A DNA stretch of 64,000 nucleotides. Origin: Clostridiales bacterium. GTDB taxonomy: Bacteria > Bacillota > Clostridia > Christensenellales > UBA3700. Position 1 is the stretch's first letter, and each line of letters opens with the position of its first letter. The DNA lies in assembly GCA_014799575.1 (NCBI GenBank), contig JAAVHS010000015.1, forward strand, positions 65,820-129,819, read 5' to 3'. Positions 57,125 to 64,000 of the stretch are shown here, one piece after another. Under the pieces are notes generated by a model. The model ran no database searches, was not told the origin of the DNA, and saw only the letters and a list, made by a program, of their open reading frames with translations. Made by a program: the position numbers and the translations under genes.

Positions 57125-58597
57125 TTATATAAGTTCTATAAATACTCTTGTTACGTTAAATAGTTTATCTACGTCAGCTTCATCGTAATAATACTTAACG
57201 GCTTGCTTATAATGACTGCCATTGTTTCTACTTTCATATAAATCAAACGCGTCTTCCGCGAATTCAAAATATAATTTCGAGTTATTACGCATCTTGGAAT
57301 TAGCCAAGAATAAACTTGCCAAATCCGCTTTAAAATGTTCCCATCCTCTTTGCCAATGTTTAAATATATCGTCTTTAAAAAATGGGCGGCCATTCACTCC
57401 TAGTTGTTTGCAAATATTTAATACTTCACTACAAAATTGTTTGTAATCAAAGTATTGCCTTCCTTGCAAATCCTTTCTATCTACAAACTGATGCATCAAG
57501 CACTCCAAATATCGTCCCAGTGAGTTATAATAACTTATATGTTTTGACGCAAATTCCTTATCTATCTCTATTAATAGCTTCTTCAAATCTTCATATTGCG
57601 TCGGTAGATGCTCGACCAATCTATAAACGTCACCAAATTTAGTTAACTGTTCGGCAACACCTTTTCGATAAATAAAGGTTTGCGTATCAGCCACTTTGGA
57701 TTCATGTTTAGCAATATTATGCTCCAACTCAAGTTTTTGCAAATATTTATCCAATTCTTCACTGACACTGCGAGCTTTTGCTAAGCGTTTATTCATCCAT
57801 TTCAACGTCACATTCGGGTCAAACGGTGTGTCTATAAACAAATTCTCTCCGTCCGTAAATACTGAGACTTCTAATTTGTATTCACATCTTACATTGTCTA
57901 AAAAATGTGCGCTAAAATTGTTAGTTGGATTTTTATCCTTCTCGGAGAAATCTTCATCAAAACTTGCAGTTTGTGGCATAAAATCAACTTCGGCATCTTC
58001 ATCGTAAAATTCCTCAGTTTCTTCTACTACATCATTATTATTAACGTTTATAGAACTCAGTCTATTAAACGTCAAATAAGCTTTTTTGATTTCATCTTGC
58101 GTAGGCTTATCCTTAATTCGCAATTTTAATTCAAGTTTCTCGCCTGAACTTGCATCTTTTAAATACTCATTATCTGTAAAGCATGGAACAATACCACCGC
58201 AAATTCCATCCTGAAAGACCCTTTGGACCGACACCTGAGAACTAAACAAATCCTCATATGTATCTAAAAATCCAAACGTCTCTTTGCTTAGATATGCATT
58301 GCTTCCACGTTGAACTTCATCTCTAACGATAAATTCTCTTTCTGCTTTAGAAATGATATTGTCAATAGTAACGTCGTCCAATAACGATGAAAACTTTTGC
58401 TTTATTATACGACGAACTTCGTCCTTTACCTCTTTAATATAACTTCTAGCATCCAATTTGCGTTCATCGTTTTGCTGAACTACTAACGACAAATACAGCC
58501 ACTCAAACAAATCTGTCCTAATTTGTTGTGGCATTAGCACGTCGTATCTTACGAACGGCCAAATGAAACTGCCAATGTATTTCCTACTTTCTTGCAT
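57125..58597 (-). CDS. hypothetical protein embedded in kinase-helicase-McrBC operon
   Basis: Start moved to ATG 58597 (AAGGAG SD 7 nt upstream; MQESRKYIGSFIWPF); 490 aa. No motif recognised. Confidence 0.7.
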   Translation of the reverse strand: MQESRKYIGSFIWPFVRYDVLMPQQIRTDLFEWLYLSLVVQQNDERKLDARSYIKEVKDEVRRIIKQKFSSLLDDVTIDNIISKAEREFIVRDEVQRGSNAYLSKETFGFLDTYEDLFSSQVSVQRVFQDGICGGIVPCFTDNEYLKDASSGEKLELKLRIKDKPTQDEIKKAYLTFNRLSSINVNNNDVVEETEEFYDEDAEVDFMPQTASFDEDFSEKDKNPTNNFSAHFLDNVRCEYKLEVSVFTDGENLFIDTPFDPNVTLKWMNKRLAKARSVSEELDKYLQKLELEHNIAKHESKVADTQTFIYRKGVAEQLTKFGDVYRLVEHLPTQYEDLKKLLIEIDKEFASKHISYYNSLGRYLECLMHQFVDRKDLQGRQYFDYKQFCSEVLNICKQLGVNGRPFFKDDIFKHWQRGWEHFKADLASLFLANSKMRNNSKLYFEFAEDAFDLYESRNNGSHYKQAVKYYYDEADVDKLFNVTRVFIELI

Positions 58598-58608
58598 ATT
58601 ATTCTCCT

Positions 58609-61600
58609 TTATTTTACCTTTGTTGCGCATCGGACGTAATTCTTAAATACGTCGTTTCTTGTCATAGTCTCCGCATCGCCGATTACGACTAACAACCTTC
58701 TTGCTCTTGATAATGCAACGTTGATTCTGCTCTTTGAGTAATGAATGAATCCAAGGCTCTTTTCAATATCTATCTCGCGATTACTTCTTGTCGTGGATAA
58801 TAAAACTATGTCAAACTCTTTTCCTTGATATGAGTCAACCGTATTGCATTCGATTTTTCTCAAATCCTCGTCGGGAAATTTGTCTTTTAAAAGTTTATTT
58901 ATCAATTCCACTTGCCCCTTATAGAAAGACATTATGCCTATTTTATAATCTCGACTTGAATTTTTGCGAACGATATCTTGCACAATCTCGATTACTTTAT
59001 CCGCTTCCGCCGGACGACTTAATTTATATGACGATTTCTCTTCCATTCCCTCAGTTATAGGCACGTCTTGCCATACCATGTTTTCTCCAGAGAAAATGTT
59101 AAAATCATTGATTTTTGATATCGTTGTTTGCCCGTTTTCAATACCGCCTTCTATTCTTTCTATTCCGTTTTCATCAATGATTTTTCTCTCATAAAATTGT
59201 TCACTGATAAATCCGCCAATCTTTGGATGCATACGATGTTGCTCTTGGATACGTATATGTCTACGAAACTTTAATTTGCGCTCATTCCAAGATTTTTCAA
59301 GGCTATCATACAATACTTGAAAAATGGATTTCGTCAATAGCGTTTCATCAAAGTTGCTATACTTTTCCTTTTCATTTTTGAATCTACGCACATAGTCGGT
59401 CTCTACGTAATGCGGCAACTGCATTTGATCTCCTACCATAATAACTCTAGTTCCCATAAGAACCGGAATCATAATATCCAAAGGATTAGCTCGCGCAGCC
59501 TCATCTATAATAACGTAATCATATTTATTGCCACTCAAATCAATCATACTGCTACTACGATCTGCTTGCGCGCAAGTGCTACCTATTACGTTAGTATATT
59601 TCATAATGATATCTCTAACGTTATCAGCGTCGCTCATTTTATACTTTAACGCTTCTATAATATCGTAAAAATCTTTCTTGCGATATTTAGCTACTTGACG
59701 AATTCTATTTAATAGAGAGTCGAATAGTTCTTTATACGTTGTTATCGCAAGCTCAAATTCATCTTTTTGCGGATCTATCTCACTCCTAATACTATCAACG
59801 TAGTTAAGATATTTTTTAAACGTACTCTCATCTCTTGTAGCAAACAACTCGTCTTTAAGCGCTTGATCAATTAATAGATAATTGTACCCGTATCGCTTGA
59901 TAACTCTTTGCAATTCATCCAACTGATATTCGCCGTCGTCTTCATAGAACGCATCTATATCCAAACGCTGTGAATTTAATTTTCGTTTGATAAAATCCAT
60001 TCCCTCGCGCTCATCTTCGTATGATACCCCACTATTACGAAGTTTTGCCTCAATTTGCGCAACTATATCTTTCACGTCATCCCACAGCCCCATGGTCATT
60101 ACGTAGCGAGTAATATTCTCTATCTTTTCTGCAATGATTTCTTGTGAATACTTTTTATCCACTATAGTCTGAACATCGAATATCAATTTTGTCAAGATAT
60201 CAGAAAATCTATCTTTTTGAGTCCGTTCATTTAGAATCCTATTGCATAAATCGAGAAAGCGTCCTTGGAAATCCTGAATATTCCTACGCATTTTCTCTTC
60301 ATTTTCAGCCCTTTCGTCTCTTGAATACTTTTCGCTTGTTACAAAAGGTGGTATTGAATTGCCGGATAGTTTGTCCACAACGTTATACAAAGCTTCGTGT
60401 TGCTCACTACTGACAAGTATCTTATAGTTCTTATTTCCCATTGCCCCTAGTCTTGCGATAATACCATTTATAAGTGTTGTCTTTCCCGTGCCCGGAGGTC
60501 CTTGTATCAATGCTATATCCGGAGTATTCAACGCTATAAACATCGCCTGTCTAAAATTCTCTTTCAATTCCACGTCGGTTCTACCAAACATTTTTTTAAG
60601 AACGTCATTTGTGATAGGTTCTACGTCAGATCCGGTCTGACTATCTTCCTCGCCTGCACTCAATCGCATTATCATATTTGACGTACTATTACTTTTTCTT
60701 TCTATTACCGACATGACGCTTTGGCGACGGCGTTCTTCTGTCTTTATATTTCTATCAGAAAGGATAACGTAACCAACCTCAGGTATAGCGACAGCTATCT
60801 CCGGATAATTAAATATTAATTCATTAGTATCAAACGACTCGTTGAGCGCTTTGCCTAATCTTATAGTTGCGCCCCTTGTTTTTTCTCTTTGCTCTATAAT
60901 TTCCTCTATATTCTTAAAACTATTTCCTGTTTCTGAAAATACTATATCGTACTCTTGCGAAGAAGCCTTTACTCTATCGCCAAACAATGGAAAGCTATCA
61001 ACGTTCTTTTCAAATTGCAATACTATTTCTTCACCTTCGTTTCGATATGACTTGTACTTTGCGTATCCCAATTCAACGACTTCATCGTGAAACACTTTAC
61101 TTTCAAAACTAATAAATTCTTGCCATGCTTTAAACAACTCGTTTGTATGAACTTCTGCAAGCGGTGCGTCATGTCCCTTTGTTTTTATTGCCTCGTCGAA
61201 AGTTACGAACTTAACGTGTCCGTATATTTGTATTATTCTATCTATACTATTATTAACTCTAATCTTGGTGAGCTTTTTGATCCTGTAAATTCCGGGCCTC
61301 TCTTTCTCAACGTTAGCGCGATATCTATTTCCATACATTTGGAAAGTCCTTATTGCGCTACCGCCTTGGTACTCAGCAATGAATACGCTTTTATTATTCA
61401 TAAACTCGTCTTGAAGAAATTTTATTTCATCGCCGCCAACTATTTCGCCCAATTCTTCAAATTGATTTTTAACCATTCTTTCCAAATAAAAGTGCATAGT
61501 TTCGCTTTCTAGGTCTATGCGTCGCACCCTAGAAAAAACGTAAAGCAATACTACCAAATGATTATTTACAACGTTGCATTCATAAATCGATTCGTTTTCC

Positions 61601-61797
61601 TCATCAGGAAAATCACTGAAATTTCGCACAACGAAATCCGATTCATCGTCAAGACTATTTAATTTATATTCTTTGCCATCGACAACGGCAAACAACGCCC
61701 CGCCTTTTTTCCGCAGTTTCTTAATTTGGTCAAGATTTACTTTTTCATCTATTGAAAAGTTGCCGGTTTGGCAAATATCTATTAAAAACTTATTCAT
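58609..61797 (-). CDS. Upf1/DNA2-like SF1 helicase (AAA_11/AAA_12 type) with ~420-aa unknown N-terminal region
   Basis: Walker A IQGPPGTGKTT, Walker B YVIIDEAARANP, VDSYQGKEFDIVLLS, INVALSRARRLLVVIGD; 1062 aa. The ATGA overlap with the PP2C gene indicates coupling. Confidence 0.85.
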   Translation of the reverse strand: MNKFLIDICQTGNFSIDEKVNLDQIKKLRKKGGALFAVVDGKEYKLNSLDDESDFVVRNFSDFPDEENESIYECNVVNNHLVVLLYVFSRVRRIDLESETMHFYLERMVKNQFEELGEIVGGDEIKFLQDEFMNNKSVFIAEYQGGSAIRTFQMYGNRYRANVEKERPGIYRIKKLTKIRVNNSIDRIIQIYGHVKFVTFDEAIKTKGHDAPLAEVHTNELFKAWQEFISFESKVFHDEVVELGYAKYKSYRNEGEEIVLQFEKNVDSFPLFGDRVKASSQEYDIVFSETGNSFKNIEEIIEQREKTRGATIRLGKALNESFDTNELIFNYPEIAVAIPEVGYVILSDRNIKTEERRRQSVMSVIERKSNSTSNMIMRLSAGEEDSQTGSDVEPITNDVLKKMFGRTDVELKENFRQAMFIALNTPDIALIQGPPGTGKTTLINGIIARLGAMGNKNYKILVSSEQHEALYNVVDKLSGNSIPPFVTSEKYSRDERAENEEKMRRNIQDFQGRFLDLCNRILNERTQKDRFSDILTKLIFDVQTIVDKKYSQEIIAEKIENITRYVMTMGLWDDVKDIVAQIEAKLRNSGVSYEDEREGMDFIKRKLNSQRLDIDAFYEDDGEYQLDELQRVIKRYGYNYLLIDQALKDELFATRDESTFKKYLNYVDSIRSEIDPQKDEFELAITTYKELFDSLLNRIRQVAKYRKKDFYDIIEALKYKMSDADNVRDIIMKYTNVIGSTCAQADRSSSMIDLSGNKYDYVIIDEAARANPLDIMIPVLMGTRVIMVGDQMQLPHYVETDYVRRFKNEKEKYSNFDETLLTKSIFQVLYDSLEKSWNERKLKFRRHIRIQEQHRMHPKIGGFISEQFYERKIIDENGIERIEGGIENGQTTISKINDFNIFSGENMVWQDVPITEGMEEKSSYKLSRPAEADKVIEIVQDIVRKNSSRDYKIGIMSFYKGQVELINKLLKDKFPDEDLRKIECNTVDSYQGKEFDIVLLSTTRSNREIDIEKSLGFIHYSKSRINVALSRARRLLVVIGDAETMTRNDVFKNYVRCATKVK

Positions 61798-62492
61798 TTA
61801 ATCCTCCCACAAAGAATGATCGTCTTATCGTCTTGATTTGTACTAATTGGCCAGTTTTCTATCATATGCTCCAAATCGTCTAAGAACTTTCTAGAATCAT
61901 TGTTAATTTCTAATAAACACTGCCCAAGAAAACTCTCAATTTGATCACTTGCCATATCCTCAGAAAATCCATCCGTAGCCAAAGACAGCAACTGAATTTC
62001 ATTATAAGGAATCCTTGCTATATGAAACTTATCTTCATATCCTACCGACATTACGCTATCGGTTTGATTTGAAAAGTTATTGCTAGTTTTAATCTCGAAA
62101 AACTTATTATCGACTATCCCTAATATCCAACCGTCGCCTATTCCACCGCATACAATCTCTTTGTCATCTACTACGATAAACTTAAAAGTCGTATCGCACG
62201 ATATCGGCTTTACTTGCAACTGACTAGCCCAAGCCTTTTTTATTATTATAGGAAATTCGTCGATAATACCATTGTTTACGATTATATCTCTGGCAACTCT
62301 ACATACTGTTTGCGATCCTATTTCAGAGTTAATTGCCGATCCCAAGCCATCCGCTGACAGACATATAATCTTTTCACCGTTTGCTTCTATGCAAAACGAA
62401 TCTTGATTTAATTCCTTCCCAGCTCCTTTTACCGAACAGCCTAAAATCGTATACTTACAACCGTTTAATTCTGCATTCAATATTTCTTTCAT
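61794..62492 (-). CDS. PP2C-family Ser/Thr protein phosphatase
   Basis: GAGKELNQDSF, LSADGLGSAINSEIGSQ, LATDGFSEDM and QDDKTIILCG blocks; 232 aa. Confidence 0.8.
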   Translation of the reverse strand: MKEILNAELNGCKYTILGCSVKGAGKELNQDSFCIEANGEKIICLSADGLGSAINSEIGSQTVCRVARDIIVNNGIIDEFPIIIKKAWASQLQVKPISCDTTFKFIVVDDKEIVCGGIGDGWILGIVDNKFFEIKTSNNFSNQTDSVMSVGYEDKFHIARIPYNEIQLLSLATDGFSEDMASDQIESFLGQCLLEINNDSRKFLDDLEHMIENWPISTNQDDKTIILCGRIK

Positions 62493-62493
62493 A

Positions 62494-64000
62494 TTATTTT
62501 CTCGATAACATTCCTATAGTTTCAATTTTCCCAACACGCGATTGCACAACGTCTAATAATATCGCGAATTTATCAAACGAGAACTCTTTTGCCTTTGTCA
62601 AATCGTCAATTGGAAACTTTGTTCCAGGCGATTTCCTGTCAATTAAGTTACATGATGGTATAATCGACTTATCAACTATTTGTACTCTAACAGTGCCTGA
62701 TATTTCGTCCATGAGTTGAATTTTAACAAAAGGGGTACTCCTTTTAGCCGTTCTCTCAAAATGCCTTAACTTTAAGTATTTCGGCTTATCCTCTTCCAAA
62801 ATCGCAGTTGATATCGGGATAAATCTATATCTCTCGCCAAATTCGGATAATGGTTCGCAATTGAGAATATTACTAATCAATTTGTTTCTATCAGCCTCAT
62901 TATATCCATTGAATATTTCTAGAACCACCCTGTTGCCAGTTTCTGCATCGCAATCCCAACAATGATTATCTGATTGAGGCGAATATACTAATTCAGCTCC
63001 GCAATTTTTGCACGTAGCAAGCATGTCCTGCGCCTCATCAAAAGCTTCGACAAACTCTATTGCAGTAGGTCTTAGATATGGATTGTTCTTTCCATCCACA
63101 AACGTCCTATAAAACAGATCTTTAATCTTGGGCGTAACAATTTTGCATTCGTCGAACAATTTCACAAAAGGTGTGCTTGATGCGTTGCTGCCATTCTTGT
63201 GAAGAACGTAATCCGTCTTACACTGCAATGCTGCCGACTCTTCTTCAGCTGTACCGTCTTCCACTGCGTCTCCAACAAACGGGTGCTGCAAGGTTAATAA
63301 TTGAAATACAATTATCGCCGCAGAGAAAACGTCACTTTCCGCAGACAACGCCCCACTTTGTGGCAATAGATTTTTATCAAACTCGCCATTAGCTAGTTTG
63401 CTGTTAACGTCGGCTAGTCCCAAATATATTTCCGGAGCCATATAACCTTGAGTGCCTACCACACTGAGGTAATTATCTCTTTTCCGACGCATATTATCCG
63501 TGTCGATAAAAACAAGACTGTTCTCCCTTTTGCCGACCATAACGTTATTCGGGGATAAGTCAGTAAACAATAGACCAGAGATATGGATTTGTTCAAGCGA
63601 GTTAAATAGATTGGATGCTATTTGCAAGCGCTTTTTAAGTTTGTAATTATCCTTGTACCAATCAACAAATTCTTCGCCCATTGGAAAAGTTATGTATTTC
63701 TTTAGACTATCACAATTATTTGCTCGATACATTATATATCCAACGTCGTCTCCTTCAAGGAGCGCCATAGGATATGCCATTTTCCCTTTAAGTACTTCGT
63801 TCGCCCCAACAGCGTTTTTAAGCCATTGCAGATGCTCTCGTAATTCTCGCTTAGCACTACTGCCCAATTTCGCAGTGTTGATTAACTTCACGACAAAATT
63901 CGGCATGTTATTTACAGCGAATACAGAGCCTTCTAAGCCTCCGCCTATCTTTTCACTAAGTTCATACTCATGTCCGTTGATAAGGACTTTATCTCCCGTA
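62494..64000 (-). CDS. Ser/Thr protein kinase with zinc ribbon and C-terminal extra domain (5' end beyond window)
   Basis: The frame stays open upstream of the track's ATG (63906) to the window edge. Codons 63907-63999 give GDKVLINGHEYELSEKIGGGLEGSVFAVNN, the Gly-rich loop, followed by VVKLI (the catalytic Lys). Also present: DLSPNNVMV, IDTDN, GTQGYMAPE and CKNCG..CWDC. Confidence 0.85.
   Translation of the reverse strand, partial: TGDKVLINGHEYELSEKIGGGLEGSVFAVNNMPNFVVKLINTAKLGSSAKRELREHLQWLKNAVGANEVLKGKMAYPMALLEGDDVGYIMYRANNCDSLKKYITFPMGEEFVDWYKDNYKLKKRLQIASNLFNSLEQIHISGLLFTDLSPNNVMVGKRENSLVFIDTDNMRRKRDNYLSVVGTQGYMAPEIYLGLADVNSKLANGEFDKNLLPQSGALSAESDVFSAAIIVFQLLTLQHPFVGDAVEDGTAEEESAALQCKTDYVLHKNGSNASSTPFVKLFDECKIVTPKIKDLFYRTFVDGKNNPYLRPTAIEFVEAFDEAQDMLATCKNCGAELVYSPQSDNHCWDCDAETGNRVVLEIFNGYNEADRNKLISNILNCEPLSEFGERYRFIPISTAILEEDKPKYLKLRHFERTAKRSTPFVKIQLMDEISGTVRVQIVDKSIIPSCNLIDRKSPGTKFPIDDLTKAKEFSFDKFAILLDVVQSRVGKIETIGMLSRK

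Larger units (their letters stand above)
33875..64000. mobile_element. tRNA-Ser-adjacent AT-rich genomic (defence) island; right end outside window
   Basis: Abrupt change in composition and gene content immediately 3' of the tRNA. Contains a tyrosine integrase plus Xis, a resolvase fragment, and many nuclease/helicase/ATPase/methylase genes. Confidence 0.75.

Overview
This looks like a chromosome segment from a low-GC, endospore-forming Firmicute: spo0A, hpf, rpsF-ssb-rpsR and a T-box-controlled cysE-cysS are all present. It splits into two parts.

(1) 1 to about 33.4 kb is mostly ordinary housekeeping and transport. It carries ktrB/ktrA-like K+ uptake, queH, two degenerate Fe-ADH-fold paralogues, a large surface lipoprotein, GH2, gltX, an M20 dipeptidase, an HD/dGTPase-like protein, a MacB-type ABC fusion, an MFS transporter, rubrerythrin, an acetyltransferase, an AEC permease and spo0A. 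One accessory locus stands out here: a 33-aa Cys-containing peptide ORF absent from the ORF track, followed by a 299-aa unknown and a radical-SAM/SPASM enzyme (a RiPP-type cluster).

(2) From tRNA-Ser(UGA) at 33786-33874 to the window end (>30 kb) lies a visibly more AT-rich genomic island. It has a tyrosine integrase/excisionase pair and stacked defence-type modules:
- an SF1 helicase fused to a PD-(D/E)xK-like domain
- an orphan 392-aa protein
- an 875-aa HNH + P-loop (STAND-like) protein
- a SLOG/DUF1273 gene behind a promoter / structured RNA / terminator leader
- a Lamassu-like LmuA(Cap4-nuclease)/LmuB pair with an extra small gene
- a dcm...vsr-bracketed cassette encoding a GHKL (MORC-like) ATPase plus three proteins with no motif I recognise
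- a six-gene operon (Ser/Thr kinase, PP2C, Upf1-like helicase, unknown, coiled-coil McrB-like, McrC-like with zinc ribbons) that resembles TerY-P-linked CoCoNuT type IV restriction systems and runs off the window edge

The best candidates for something new are the GHKL cassette, the kinase/phosphatase-McrBC operon with its unknown 490-aa member, the HNH-STAND fusion and the riboswitch-like leader. All functional calls rest on motif recognition by eye; no database search or folding program was run.
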